A DNA stretch of 64,000 nucleotides from Luteibacter sp. (GTDB lineage Bacteria > Pseudomonadota > Gammaproteobacteria > Xanthomonadales > Rhodanobacteraceae): contig DASYLE010000147.1 of the NCBI GenBank assembly GCA_036009745.1, forward strand, positions 17,400 through 81,399. Reading direction: 5' to 3'. The notes below the pieces were generated by a model. That model did no database searches, was not told the DNA's origin, and was given only the letters and a program-made list of their open reading frames with translations. This document shows positions 12,558 through 23,149 of this stretch, piece by piece (position 1 is the stretch's first letter; each line of letters opens with the position of its first letter). A program made the translations under genes and the position numbers.

Positions 12558-12591
12558 TGGGTGACAGACCTTTCCACTGACGAGATCCGCC

Positions 12592-13311
12592 ATGACCCGC
12601 TCGCGAGCCGAAGCCCTTCTCCCCGGCCTTGTCGACGGGCCCCTGCTTGAAGCCGAACTGGACGCCTGTGGCGCGGCAATAATCAAGGGCCTGCTCTCCC
12701 CGGATGCGTGTCATACCCTGGCAGCGTCGTACTTGCGCAACGATATCTTCCGCAGCCGGGTTGTCATGGGCCGCCACGGCTTCGGTCGCGGCGAATACAA
12801 GTATTTCTCCTATCCGCTCCCCGAACCGGTCGCCGGCTTGCGTAGCGCGCTTTACCCGCACCTCGTGCCGATCGCCAATCGCTGGAACCAGACAATGGGC
12901 ATCGCCACGCGTTTTCCGCCGGAGCACGGCGATTTCATCGCGCGCTGTCACGCGGCCGGCCAGACACGGCCGACGCCACTGCTGCTCCAATACGGGCCGT
13001 ACGACTTCAACTGCCTGCACCAGGACCTTTACGGCGAACAGGTCTTCCCGCTGCAGGTAGCGATCCTGCTCTCCGAACCGGGCGAGGATTTCACCGGCGG
13101 CGAGTTCGTGATGACCGAACAACGGCCGCGCATGCAATCGCGTCCGCAGGTCATTCCCCTGCGCCGCGGCGATGCCGTCGTCTTCGCCGTCCATCATCGA
13201 CCCGTGCAAGGCAGTCGGGGCGTCTACCGCGTCAACCTGCGCCATGGCGTCAGCCGCGTGCATACCGGTCACCGGCACACGGCCGGCATCATCTTCCACG
13301 ACGCGACGTAA
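12592..13311 (+). CDS. 2OG-Fe(II) oxygenase (prolyl-4-hydroxylase-like, often DNA-repair associated)
   Basis: CLHQDLYGE (HxD), NLRHGVS, RHTAGIIFHDA; GRGEYKYF motif. Confidence 0.9.
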   Translation: MTRSRAEALLPGLVDGPLLEAELDACGAAIIKGLLSPDACHTLAASYLRNDIFRSRVVMGRHGFGRGEYKYFSYPLPEPVAGLRSALYPHLVPIANRWNQTMGIATRFPPEHGDFIARCHAAGQTRPTPLLLQYGPYDFNCLHQDLYGEQVFPLQVAILLSEPGEDFTGGEFVMTEQRPRMQSRPQVIPLRRGDAVVFAVHHRPVQGSRGVYRVNLRHGVSRVHTGHRHTAGIIFHDAT

Positions 13312-13403
13312 CCTGAAAGAGCGACAGATCTTAATAGGGCACAAATCGCCCTATTACCGGCTTAGCCTGAACCTGTCGCCCCTATCGAAAGCAGCCGGAC
13401 GCC

Positions 13404-14048
13404 ATGACCGAATACGCACACCTGTGGCTGTTCTTCGCCGTCGTCCTCGGGGTGATTATCCTGCCCGGCATGGACATGGCCTTTGTGATGGGCTCGGCGC
13501 TGGCCGGCGGGCGCCGTCGCGGCATGCTCGCCGTCGCCGGCATTGTTGCCGGAGGCATCTGCCATGTCAGCATGACGGTGCTCGGGATCAGCGTCTTGCT
13601 GCGTGCCTACCCGTGGGCGTTCAACCTCCTGCTCGCCGCCGGCACCTTGTACATCGCCTATATCGGCTTCACGCTGACGACGAGCCGTCCCTCGCAAACC
13701 CAGCCGTCTCCCGAACCCGTCGTCGTACCCCAGGGGCGCATTTTCCGACAGGCGGCCATGACCGCCCTGCTCAATCCGAAAGCCTACCTTTTCATGCTGG
13801 CGATCTTCCCGCAGTTCCTGCGGCCGTCGTATGGGTCGATCGGTGTCCAGGCCGTCGTGCTGTGGACCATCATCGCGGTGACCCAGCTGACGGTCTACGG
13901 CGCACTGGCGCTGATGGCGGGCCGCCTGCGCGAGCGATTCCAGCGACAAGGCCGTTCCACCACCGGCCTGGTCCGCGGCGTCGGCATCGTGCTTATCCTT
14001 GCCGCGGTCGCGACCGGCGTCGAAAGCTGGCGACGCTTCAGCGGATGA
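13404..14048 (+). CDS. LysE family translocator
   Basis: ILPGMDMAFV, hydrophobic helices, LLNPKAYLF. Confidence 0.92.
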   Translation: MTEYAHLWLFFAVVLGVIILPGMDMAFVMGSALAGGRRRGMLAVAGIVAGGICHVSMTVLGISVLLRAYPWAFNLLLAAGTLYIAYIGFTLTTSRPSQTQPSPEPVVVPQGRIFRQAAMTALLNPKAYLFMLAIFPQFLRPSYGSIGVQAVVLWTIIAVTQLTVYGALALMAGRLRERFQRQGRSTTGLVRGVGIVLILAAVATGVESWRRFSG

Positions 14049-14128
14049 CATCCGCACCACGCGCCCCTCACACCGTATAAACAGGGGCCACGTGCAGCAT
14101 GGCGCATCATTCCGGAGGGAGTTTCGCC

Positions 14129-14284
14129 ATGCTCGTCACCATCCTGATCGTCGTCCTTATCCTGGCCCTCGTCGGTGGCCTGCCGACCTGGGGTTATTCC
14201 CGCTCGTGGGGCTATGGCCCGAGCGGCGGCATCGGTCTGGTCCTGGTGATCCTGCTCGTGCTTTACCTGCTGGGCATGCTTTGA
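14129..14284 (+). CDS. DUF3309 family small membrane protein
   Basis: MLVTILIVVLILALVGGLPTWGYSRSWGYGPSGGIGLVLVILLVLYLLGML; RBS GGAGGG. Confidence 0.9.
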   Translation: MLVTILIVVLILALVGGLPTWGYSRSWGYGPSGGIGLVLVILLVLYLLGML

Positions 14285-14291
14285 ACCGGAT

Positions 14292-16901
14292 TCACCGATA
14301 AAGCAACTCGCCGAAGTGGCGCTTCTGCTCCGCCGTGAGTGGCGTGGCATCGACCAGGGCGGTCAATCCATCGAAGCGCTCGTCGAACGCGGCCACGCAG
14401 GAAGCAAAACGTGCGCCGCGTCCGGCATCGTCACCGGACATCGCATAGGCCAGGATCTGCGCGGATTGCGCGGCAAGCTCGATAGCCTCGGGCAAGGCGG
14501 AGATATCGCCCCACACTTTCTTCATGAAGGCACCCGCTTCCCTGGCCCGCTTCATCCGGTGGAACAGATCGTCGGCGATCGCGCAGGCAGGGTCGAAGTG
14601 AATCGTCAGCTCGTGCGCATACTGTGTGGACGCGGCATCCACTTCGATGCGAACCGCCATGCGCCAGGCATCGTAACGCCAGCTGTCGGGGCCGCCGTCC
14701 TCATCGTATGGCACACGCTGCCCATCCCGGTACACCGCTTCGGGCAAGCCCGCATTCGGTAGTTCCACCAGATAGCTCCGTGCGTCGGGACGGCCGCGAT
14801 AGTCGCCTTCCATCGCGCCGATGACGATGCGGTGCGTATCCCGGTCCGACTCACTTTCGACCAGCGTTCGGGCGAAGCCGCCGCGCTGGTAGGCCTGCGA
14901 GACGCCGTCATCGTCGTAGATCGACGTCTCGCCGCCCGCGCCCGGATAGATGCGCAAGACCATGCAGGCCGGCGCCCGCGCCAGATGCTTCAGTCCATCC
15001 CGGTAAAGCGGCAGGACACTGCCGGCGCGGATAAACACCGGCGTTTCCTCCAGCGTGTATCCCCGCTCGAACATGCGGTCGCCTTCGAAGGCCTCCGCCG
15101 CGTCGCGGCTGTACCACACGCCAGGCGGCAGCCAGATGGCGACCTGGGCCACGTCCTCGACCATCGGCGCGGTCACCGGTGCAACCAGCAGCGCGTCGCC
15201 GAACATGTACTGTCCCGGCACCTCATACGCGACGTCTTCGCGCGGCCAGTCGTAATACATCGGCCGCACCAGCGACACGCCGGTATCGTAGGCCTCGCGC
15301 GAGGCCGCATAGATATACGGCGCCAGCCGGTAACGCAGGCGGATCGCCGCATTGATCGCTTCGCCATAAGGCGGGCCGAAATGCCACGGCTCCTTGTGCA
15401 GGCTCGCCTCTTTCGCCGAATGCGTGCGCAGCACCGGGCTGAACACGCCGTACTGCACCCAGCGCACGTACAACTCCGGATCCAGCCGCCGCTTGCTCCG
15501 CGGAATCGCCTTGTCGAAGGTGTGCCCACCGATATCGTGGCTCCAGTAGCCATAGAGCACGTTCGATGCCGTCGCCGTGAAGTACGGCTGGTAAGCCAGC
15601 GAGGCCCAGGAAATCACGCTGTCGCCGGAGAACCCGATCGGGTACCGATGATTCCCGATACCGCCCCAGCGGTGATAGATCAGCCCACGCGCATCGTCAT
15701 GGCGCTGCATATCGTTGAAGAACGCATGGTTCAGCCACCACACATTGCTCAATCCGGGCAAGGCCTTCGACTCGGGCCATTGCTGGTAATCGAGCCACCA
15801 GAAATCGACGCCCTCGCGCTGCAACGGATGCAGGATCGTTTCGAACAGTGCATCCATATACCGTCGTGACGCCGCCTCGAAGGGAATCGGCTCACGCGTC
15901 GACGGGTCGAGATCCAGCGCGCCGGCCATCGCCTCGTAGCGCTCCTCGGTCGGCGGCACGCCGGAAGCCGGATGCAGGTTCAAGGTGACCTTCAGGTCCT
16001 CGCCATGCGCCCAGTCGAGGAAGGCCGGCGGATCGGGAAACAGGCTGCGATTGAAGGTATAGCCGGTCCAGCCGGACGGCTCGCCGAAGCTGTCCGTCAC
16101 CTCTTCTCCCGGCCGCAGCGACAGACCTGGCGTCGTATGCCAGTCCATATCCAGCACGATCACATCCAGCGGCAGGTGCTCACGCTCGAACCGGGCGACG
16201 AGCGTGCGCAGTTCCTGATCGGAATAATTCCAGTAACGCGACCACCAGTAACCGAATACGAAGCGCGGCGGCATGGGCTGTGGGCCGGAGACCGCGGCAA
16301 AGTCGGCAAGCGCGCCACGAAAATCAAAACCATAGCCAAAGAAATACAGGTCCTTCGCCTCGCCCTCGGCGCGCGGAGCGACCCAGCCCTTCTCGTCGAA
16401 GAGGAAACCCCGCGAATCGTCCACCACATGCCAGCCCCGTCGCGACAAGATGCCCTCCTCCAGGGGCAGCTTCGTGCCGTCCGTCCAGGTATCGCCGTCA
16501 TAGCGATCCAGCGTCCGATAGGTGCCGCCGAGATTGGCATCGTCGACCGAGTCCGGCGTCCAGGTGCCACCCTCGCGAACGACTATACGCAGGTTGCCGG
16601 CACCCGGAGCGTCATTGCCCTTGGCGTGGACAAGCCGGAGCACACCCGTATCGATCGACAATTGCCGCTCGTCCTCCGATACCTCGAACGTGGGTACCGA
16701 CAATGCCCGACGCACGGCGAACTGCGTTTTCGCGTCGTTGAAGCGCCCGGCAGGATCCCATTCGATGCGGATCAACCGGGGTGTCAGTACCGTGAAACGG
16801 AACGGTCCGCGCACGAATACCGCGCGATCGTCAGCCAGCCCATCGCTCTCCCGGCTCGGGGAGGACGGCGACTCATAGGAGATAGCGGGGAGCATCGTCA
16901 A
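14292..16901 (-). CDS. Glycoside hydrolase family 31 (alpha-glucosidase/xylosidase-like)
   Basis: YWWSRYW, LDMDWH, DFWWLDY nucleophile region, WSHDIGG, QYMFGDALLVAPV. Confidence 0.93.
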   Translation of the reverse strand: MTMLPAISYESPSSPSRESDGLADDRAVFVRGPFRFTVLTPRLIRIEWDPAGRFNDAKTQFAVRRALSVPTFEVSEDERQLSIDTGVLRLVHAKGNDAPGAGNLRIVVREGGTWTPDSVDDANLGGTYRTLDRYDGDTWTDGTKLPLEEGILSRRGWHVVDDSRGFLFDEKGWVAPRAEGEAKDLYFFGYGFDFRGALADFAAVSGPQPMPPRFVFGYWWSRYWNYSDQELRTLVARFEREHLPLDVIVLDMDWHTTPGLSLRPGEEVTDSFGEPSGWTGYTFNRSLFPDPPAFLDWAHGEDLKVTLNLHPASGVPPTEERYEAMAGALDLDPSTREPIPFEAASRRYMDALFETILHPLQREGVDFWWLDYQQWPESKALPGLSNVWWLNHAFFNDMQRHDDARGLIYHRWGGIGNHRYPIGFSGDSVISWASLAYQPYFTATASNVLYGYWSHDIGGHTFDKAIPRSKRRLDPELYVRWVQYGVFSPVLRTHSAKEASLHKEPWHFGPPYGEAINAAIRLRYRLAPYIYAASREAYDTGVSLVRPMYYDWPREDVAYEVPGQYMFGDALLVAPVTAPMVEDVAQVAIWLPPGVWYSRDAAEAFEGDRMFERGYTLEETPVFIRAGSVLPLYRDGLKHLARAPACMVLRIYPGAGGETSIYDDDGVSQAYQRGGFARTLVESESDRDTHRIVIGAMEGDYRGRPDARSYLVELPNAGLPEAVYRDGQRVPYDEDGGPDSWRYDAWRMAVRIEVDAASTQYAHELTIHFDPACAIADDLFHRMKRAREAGAFMKKVWGDISALPEAIELAAQSAQILAYAMSGDDAGRGARFASCVAAFDERFDGLTALVDATPLTAEQKRHFGELLYR

Positions 16902-16966
16902 CTATCGGAAGCAGGCACAAGCCGCTATGGATAACCCAGGGCACGCGTGAAGTGCAAGGTCGATGT

Positions 16967-17479
16967 TTATACCGTGCCGAGGCGGCGCTCGTACGCGGCG
17001 CGGTCCGCCGCCGAAAAACAGCAGAAGATCACTTCACGCAAGGCACTGTCATTTTCCCCGGCATCGGCGACGGAAGCCACCGCGATCCAGGTCGCCAGTT
17101 CGATCGGATAGCCATAGATGCCCGTACTGATCGCGGGAAACGCGATAGTGGCCAACTGGTACTCACCGGCAAGCTCCAGCGAACGGCGATAGCAGGACGC
17201 GAGCAAGCCGGGCTCGCCCTTTTCGCCGCCGTGCCAGACCGGCCCGACGGCGTGGATGACGTAGCGTGCCGGCAGACGGAAGCCCGGGGTGATCTTCGCA
17301 TCCCCGGTATCGCAGCCGCCGAGTTCGCGGCAGGCCTGCAGCAGTTGCGGACCAGCGGCGCGATGGATAGCACCGTCCACGCCACCTCCGCCCAGCAGCG
17401 AGCTATTGGCCGCATTGACGATCGCATCGACCTTCAGCGTGGTGATGTCCGCGTGCACGGCGCGCATGGTGAAGGCCAT
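16967..17479 (-). CDS. Macrodomain O-acetyl-ADP-ribose deacetylase (YmdB-like)
   Basis: [52 protein letters not shown]. Confidence 0.95.
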   Translation of the reverse strand: MAFTMRAVHADITTLKVDAIVNAANSSLLGGGGVDGAIHRAAGPQLLQACRELGGCDTGDAKITPGFRLPARYVIHAVGPVWHGGEKGEPGLLASCYRRSLELAGEYQLATIAFPAISTGIYGYPIELATWIAVASVADAGENDSALREVIFCCFSAADRAAYERRLGTV

Positions 17480-17589
17480 TGTTATCTCCGCCCTATGCGC
17501 CTGCCTGATCGCTGACGTCGATCGCCGAACGATTGCAGGCATTACGCCGGGTAATGGTTCATCAATTCGTGCCTGCAGTGTACTGCCGT

Positions 17590-17648
17590 CTGTGGGAGCG
17601 AACCCTGTTCGCTCCCACAGACGGGGCCCCGCAATGCGGGGCCCCGTC
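17590..17648. repeat. Two adjacent perfect hairpins (REP-derived plus GC hairpin; likely 3' end structure of the M1 peptidase gene)
   Basis: CTGTGGGAGCGAAC-CCT-GTTCGCTCCCACAG then GACGGGGCCCCGCA-A-TGCGGGGCCCCGTC. Confidence 0.75.
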
Positions 17649-17650
17649 CC

Positions 17651-20290
17651 TCAGCCCTGGTTCTTCTTCAACCAGGCGTCGATCGCAGGCAAACGCTCAT
17701 CGCGAACCTTGGTGCGATAACGGATATTGGCCATCGCGCTTTCGGCGGCACGACGCGAGCCGGCGGCGATATGGGCATCGGCGTAGACCTTGATCTTGTC
17801 CACCATGGCCAGGTCCAGCGAGCTGTTGCCGAGCACCGGGTAGTAACGGCTGCTCGAGGTCGAATCGACCAGCTTGTCGACTTCGGCACGGTGGGCAACG
17901 GCAAAGTCGAAAGCCATGTCCGGATGCTGACGGGCGACAATCGCGATCATGCCGGAACTGTTGGTCGCGCCGGGCTCGTCGGTCAAGGCGAGATCGAGCG
18001 CGCGCCTGGCCTGGACATTGTCCTTGACGGTGGACAGCAAGGCATACAGTTCGTCCTTGACCAACGGGGTCTTTTCCGCTTTTGCCTCGGCGCGCAGCTT
18101 GTCCCAGGTGGCCGCATCGGCATGATTGGCCACGACCGCAAGGATCGACTTGCGCAATTCGGCGGGCATGTCATTCGCCGCATAACGACGCTGGGCCTCG
18201 GCGACGACCGCCTTGTCCCCGAGCATGCCGAGCGTCTGGATCAACTGGGTACGCAGGACCGTGGTCGGTGCGGACTCGCCCGCCTTGGCTGTCCAGCCGA
18301 CGCGCTCGAATACCGGATGCAGCTTCGATACGGCGAAAGCACTGAAGTTGGCCTGCCTCGCGTCGTCGCCACGATAATAGGCATAAAGACTGCCCAGGCT
18401 CCCCGCCACATCGCCCCAGATCTGCGGCTCGGCATCGACCGGCGTAGCCTTGACCAGATCCAGGTAATCGGATGCGGGCTGTAATCCTGTCATGCCCAGC
18501 GCCCAGGTGTCGGCCATCAGGCCGAGCTGGTCGATCGGTGCCAGCTTGTTGAAGCCATCACGAACCTCGGCGAATTGCGCTGGCGCGTAGAGCGTGCGGT
18601 AGTAGCCACTCTGCCCCGCATTGACCACGACCGCGCCGCAGCCGGGCACGACCAGGTTGGCCTGGCCATCGACCACGGTATTTACGGGAGTGCCACCGAT
18701 CGTCTGCGCGATCACCGGCACGTGCCACCTGAGCGGCGTCTTGTCCGGACGATCGCGGGTGAACTCGCCCTGGGTCAGCTTCAGCGTGGTCTTGCCCGCG
18801 CTGCAGGTGGCCGATTCGACGCGGATCATCGGAATGCCGGGCTGCAAGGTGAAGTCGTGGGCGATCCGGGTGACCGGCTTGCCGGCGGCGGCCACTTCCA
18901 CTTCGCGCCACAGGTCGTCCGAGGCCGTATTGCCGTAGGCATGAGCCTTGATGTACCGGCGTACGCCGTTACGCCAGGTATCCGCGCCGACATAGCCCTC
19001 GAGCATGCGGATGACCGCCTCACCCTTTGAGTAAGTAATGGCATCGAACGCCTGGCTGGCCTGCTCGACGGTTTCCACGTGCTGCACGACCGGGTGCGTG
19101 GTCGCCACCGCATCCTGCGACATCGCCTGGTCGCGCACGTCCACGGCGTCCAGCTCGGTATGCCATTCCGGATGCAGTTTCTCGGTAGTGCGACCGGCCA
19201 TCCACGAGGCGAAGCCTTCGTTGAGCCAGAGATCGTCCCACCAGCGCATCGTCACCAGGTCGCCGAACCACTGGTGGGCCATTTCGTGGGCGGCGATCGA
19301 GAAGACTTCCTGTTTGTCCGACAACGTCGAAATCGACGGATCGAGCAGCAAGGCATACTCGAAGGTGTAGATCGCGCCCCAGTTCTCCATCGCGCCAAAG
19401 AACTGGCTGCGGCCGGGCGAGGCGATATTGTCGAGCTTGGGCAGCGGGTATGGCACGCCGAAGTAATCGTTGTATTCGTGCAGCACGGCCTTGGCCGATG
19501 CCAGTGCGAAGCTGGCCTGTCCGGTCATGCCCTTCTGGGTAACCACGCCGATCTCGGTGCCATCGGAGGTGGTGGTAGCGCGGTCGAATTCACCCAGGCC
19601 GAAGAACAGCAGATACGTCGACATTTTCGGCGACGGCGCGAAAGTCACGCGGGTCAGGCCCTTGCCGACTTCCGTTTTCGACGCGGCAGGCATATTGCTC
19701 ACCGCCATCTCGCCGCTCGGCACGGTGGCATCCAGGTTGAACGTCGCCTTGTAGGCCGGCTCGTCCCATGAGGGAATGAAGCGGCGCGCGTCGGAATTCT
19801 CGAACTGGGTATACAGGGCGCGCTTCTTGCCGGCCTTGGTATCGTAGTCGATGGCGAACAGGCCATTGGCCTGGGTACCGATCTTGCCGGTGTACGTCAT
19901 GGCCAGGCGGTAGCTGCCGGCGGGCACCGCCTGGGCGAAGGTAAAGGTGGCTGTCTGCGCGGCGGCATCGACAGCGACCTTGGGCGCCGCGAAGGTAAGC
20001 TTGCCGGCGACGGGTGCAAGGCCGACCGACGAGAAGCTCATGTCGATCGCGTTGAGGGTAATGCTGGTGGTCGGCTCGAGGACATCGATGGTGACTGTCA
20101 CCTTGCCATCGAAGCTCAGCGACCCGGCATGCGGCACCACGGAGACGTCGTAATGGGTAGGCCGCACGCTACGCGGCAGCTGGGTGGTGGCAAGCGTCGC
20201 GGCGGGCGCGGCGGGCGCGGCGGCAACAGTCGTCATCGAAACGCCGGCGAGCGCCAGGGCGATCGCGGAAACCAGGTAACAACGCAACAT
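17651..20290 (-). CDS. Secreted M1 family zinc aminopeptidase (ERAP1-like C-terminal domain)
   Basis: Signal peptide; GAMENWG; AHEMAHQWFG...WLNEGFA (HExxH-18-E); YSKG. Confidence 0.96.
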   Translation of the reverse strand: MLRCYLVSAIALALAGVSMTTVAAAPAAPAATLATTQLPRSVRPTHYDVSVVPHAGSLSFDGKVTVTIDVLEPTTSITLNAIDMSFSSVGLAPVAGKLTFAAPKVAVDAAAQTATFTFAQAVPAGSYRLAMTYTGKIGTQANGLFAIDYDTKAGKKRALYTQFENSDARRFIPSWDEPAYKATFNLDATVPSGEMAVSNMPAASKTEVGKGLTRVTFAPSPKMSTYLLFFGLGEFDRATTTSDGTEIGVVTQKGMTGQASFALASAKAVLHEYNDYFGVPYPLPKLDNIASPGRSQFFGAMENWGAIYTFEYALLLDPSISTLSDKQEVFSIAAHEMAHQWFGDLVTMRWWDDLWLNEGFASWMAGRTTEKLHPEWHTELDAVDVRDQAMSQDAVATTHPVVQHVETVEQASQAFDAITYSKGEAVIRMLEGYVGADTWRNGVRRYIKAHAYGNTASDDLWREVEVAAAGKPVTRIAHDFTLQPGIPMIRVESATCSAGKTTLKLTQGEFTRDRPDKTPLRWHVPVIAQTIGGTPVNTVVDGQANLVVPGCGAVVVNAGQSGYYRTLYAPAQFAEVRDGFNKLAPIDQLGLMADTWALGMTGLQPASDYLDLVKATPVDAEPQIWGDVAGSLGSLYAYYRGDDARQANFSAFAVSKLHPVFERVGWTAKAGESAPTTVLRTQLIQTLGMLGDKAVVAEAQRRYAANDMPAELRKSILAVVANHADAATWDKLRAEAKAEKTPLVKDELYALLSTVKDNVQARRALDLALTDEPGATNSSGMIAIVARQHPDMAFDFAVAHRAEVDKLVDSTSSSRYYPVLGNSSLDLAMVDKIKVYADAHIAAGSRRAAESAMANIRYRTKVRDERLPAIDAWLKKNQG

Positions 20291-20447
20291 GACATCCCCT
20301 CGAAGATTCTACGAAGCAGCGGAATTATTCACGGACGAGATCCAGCCATTCGTCCCCCCGGGCGATAGTGACGCCTGGCATGGGTAGCCAGACACCGCCG
20401 GAAGTCATGGGAGGACGCGCCGACCGCGGTTCGCCCGAGGGTCGAAG

Positions 20448-20828
20448 TCAGGCGTAGGTAGCCTCGCCCAGGCCGAACGACCAGTTCTCCTTGGGCACTT
20501 CGACCAGATTGACAATGACATCCTCCTTGCGGATGCCGGTCAACGCATGGGCGCCATCGACGATGGCCCGATAGAACGCCTTCTTCATCTCGACCGTGCG
20601 ACCGGCGTTGAGGGTGACCTGGATCAGGACACAGTCGGGGCTATGCTCGATACCGAGGTAACTCGGCGCGATGACCAGGCCGGACGCCGGATGCTCGGTA
20701 ATGACCATGAAGCGATCGTCGGCGGGTACGTTGATCGTGCCGATCATCGCGTCATAGACCGCCTTGCCCAGCGCGGACCGGTAACTCTCGGGTTTTCCTT
20801 CGCGGAGGTCGATTCTTACCAGGGGCAT
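20448..20828 (-). CDS. Tautomerase family protein
   Basis: N-terminal Pro after Met (MPLVRIDL), beta-alpha-beta repeat, ENWSFGLG end. Confidence 0.9.
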   Translation of the reverse strand: MPLVRIDLREGKPESYRSALGKAVYDAMIGTINVPADDRFMVITEHPASGLVIAPSYLGIEHSPDCVLIQVTLNAGRTVEMKKAFYRAIVDGAHALTGIRKEDVIVNLVEVPKENWSFGLGEATYA

Positions 20829-20916
20829 GATGGTGTTCCTCGGGAACGTGTGGGCGAAAACAACGAAGGCGCACCCCGCCATGCGGAATACGCCCTCGTT
20901 TTACCTCACTCGGGTC

Positions 20917-22854
20917 TCAGAGGAAGCCGAACAGGCCGGTACGGATGTACAGGTCCAGGTTGGCGACATCGAGCGTACCGATGCCGGCACCCGGCTCGTA
21001 GCCGCCGATACCCTTATAGAACCAGTTGTCGCCCGCCTTGATATCGTTGAACGGCGTGAACTTGCCGTAGCCGAAGAGCAGTTGCATCGCATACACCTGT
21101 GGGTTCCACAGGCCGATACGATGGCCGCTACTCTGGCGCAGCAAGGCACTGATGCCGTTAAGCTGCGGCGCCACGAAGCTGGTGCCACCCTCGCCGGACA
21201 GCAGGCCACCGTCGGATGTCGACACGAAGATATAGCCGGTCTCCGGGTCCGCGTTCAACGAGATGTCCGGCAGGTTGCGGCCATGGAAATTTGCCGGCAG
21301 CTTCAGCAAGGTCGTCGGCCCCGCGGCGGGATCGTTGAACACGAGCGACTGCTTGGTCTCGCTATTGCGGATGCCCTTGGTGAACAGCTGGTAGAACGGC
21401 GTCCGCCAGTACACGCTGACACCGCCACCGCCACCCGATGCGAACAGGTCGATCGATCCCGGGCCGACGTTCTTGTCGAAATAGTCCTGGATGTAGCGCC
21501 AGCTCCAGACGCTTTCCTTGGTAATGGCCGCCGTCGGGCCGCCGCGGAAACTATAGGTAAACGGCACGGTGGTGCCGCCGGCACCCGTGATGTACGGATC
21601 GGAGGCCGGCGAATCCACGGTCAACGGCGCGCTGAACTCATTGGGCCCGGTACCGGTGCCCAGGCCACGTACCGTGTCGTACGCGCCGGAATCGCCGGTT
21701 GCGGCGAATACGGACTGGCCTTGCGCGGCGGCTTCCATGAAGAGCTGGTGGAATGCGACCAGGTCGCCGACGTCGGTGGTATCGGTATTCTTCGCGCCAT
21801 CGACGTTCAGTGCGGCGAAGTTGAAGATTTCCGGCGAGCCCCAACTGGTTGAAATGCTTTCAGCCTTGTTGTCCGAAATCGCCTGGGCAAAGGCGTCGGT
21901 GAAGCCGTTGCCGGCATTCGGCGCGTCATAGACGATGATGTTCGCGAACGGTGCCAGGCCGCCGGACTGCTCCACATCGAGCGCGGTCTCGCCGCTACCG
22001 TCGTCGATCACGCCACCGCCGTCGACGTGGACCCGGGTGATGCGGTTCGCCTTGGTCGCCAACCCGATCGTGGTCCAGTACGTCGTCGCATCCTCGGGGA
22101 AGAAGTCCGATAACGTCACGATCGCAAGCGTGCTGCCCTTACCGGTGATGCCCCGCTTGTAAAGCGGGTTGATATCGTACATGTCAGCGACATCGCCGAC
22201 GGTGAAGCTTCCAGGCTCGCCGGTGGCGGTCGGATTACTGGTGGGATTCTGCGGCGGCGTGACCTTGGCCGCCGACTTCGCATTCAGTGTCGGCGTACTC
22301 GGAAAGGACGGCGAACGCATGCGATGCGAAAGATACGTCCTCTCGTTGCTGAGACCGGACGTGGAAACCACGAGGTTGGCGATCGACGAGGGCAATACCA
22401 CTGACTTCGCCGGCCGATGGAAGCGCTGCCCTGTCGGCGAGACGTAGTCGTGGATGGAGGTCTGGAACGCGGCACCGAACTGCGCCAGTGTGCCGGTGAC
22501 CCGGATCGCCTGATGGCTGTCGAGCACCAGGCCGGTCAGCCCCTGCTTCTTCAGGAAGGCCTGCACCTGGGCGATTTCCGCATTGGTCGCGCCATACTTG
22601 CTGGCGAAATCGGCGGTACTGATGAATTTCTGGAAATTGCGGTTTCCCGGAGTGACGGTGTCCTGGATGTACTGCTCCAGTGCGTCCTGGTTGTGCAGGC
22701 GCAACATCAGGGTAACCGTGGTGGCCTGGGTGTTGCTCGCCGCGCCCATGTCGGTGCTGGGCAGGGTATCGGCGGCGGACGCCAGCGTCGCAAGGCCGGA
22801 GAGAATGAGCGCGAGGGATGCGGCCAGGGCGGTGCGATGAAGTTTGCTGTTCAT
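20917..22854 (-). CDS. S53 (sedolisin/kumamolisin) peptidase, copy 1
   Basis: Signal peptide and prodomain; catalytic GETALDVE (E..D), ATGDSGA, GGTSFVAP; Ca-site GYEPGAGIGT. Confidence 0.95.
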   Translation of the reverse strand: MNSKLHRTALAASLALILSGLATLASAADTLPSTDMGAASNTQATTVTLMLRLHNQDALEQYIQDTVTPGNRNFQKFISTADFASKYGATNAEIAQVQAFLKKQGLTGLVLDSHQAIRVTGTLAQFGAAFQTSIHDYVSPTGQRFHRPAKSVVLPSSIANLVVSTSGLSNERTYLSHRMRSPSFPSTPTLNAKSAAKVTPPQNPTSNPTATGEPGSFTVGDVADMYDINPLYKRGITGKGSTLAIVTLSDFFPEDATTYWTTIGLATKANRITRVHVDGGGVIDDGSGETALDVEQSGGLAPFANIIVYDAPNAGNGFTDAFAQAISDNKAESISTSWGSPEIFNFAALNVDGAKNTDTTDVGDLVAFHQLFMEAAAQGQSVFAATGDSGAYDTVRGLGTGTGPNEFSAPLTVDSPASDPYITGAGGTTVPFTYSFRGGPTAAITKESVWSWRYIQDYFDKNVGPGSIDLFASGGGGGVSVYWRTPFYQLFTKGIRNSETKQSLVFNDPAAGPTTLLKLPANFHGRNLPDISLNADPETGYIFVSTSDGGLLSGEGGTSFVAPQLNGISALLRQSSGHRIGLWNPQVYAMQLLFGYGKFTPFNDIKAGDNWFYKGIGGYEPGAGIGTLDVANLDLYIRTGLFGFL

Positions 22855-23101
22855 CGGAATTCCTTGAAGACGGACGAATGGAGCTGACCGGTACTTCGGC
22901 ACCTGCCCCGGCCTCCCGGCCACGGCGGTGTCGCTTTCCGGCCAGGCCGTAAAGCGTTGCATCGAAAGAAAACCCTATGGCGGCGGGGCGCATCCCCCTG
23001 TGCAAACAACGCGCCTCACCGACTGATGAAAGCTAACGCAGTGTCGTGTGAAATTGGGGCAATTTCGAATCGAAAGTTTTTACGAATAATTCTTGGCTCA
23101 T

Positions 23102-23135
23102 AAAAAAACCGGGACGCCCTTCGCGTCCCGGTTTT
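23102..23135 (-). terminator. Intrinsic terminator of S53 copy 2
   Basis: A7-CCGGGACGC-CCTTC-GCGTCCCGG-TTTT; gives a U-tract on the minus strand, 15 nt from the stop. Confidence 0.85.
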
Positions 23136-23149
23136 CTTCACGACAACGA

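Noticed and set aside
16967-17479. Macrodomain as the antidote to the ART-like protein
   Set aside because: It is about 41 kb away and looks like an ordinary YmdB-type housekeeping macrodomain; nothing links the two.
22880-22950. Glycine-riboswitch resemblance of the S53 leader (GGAGAG/GGAAAG...CCGAA)
   Set aside because: It lacks the P3 stem and the CUCUCAGG segment of glycine aptamers, so it is reported only as an unknown motif.
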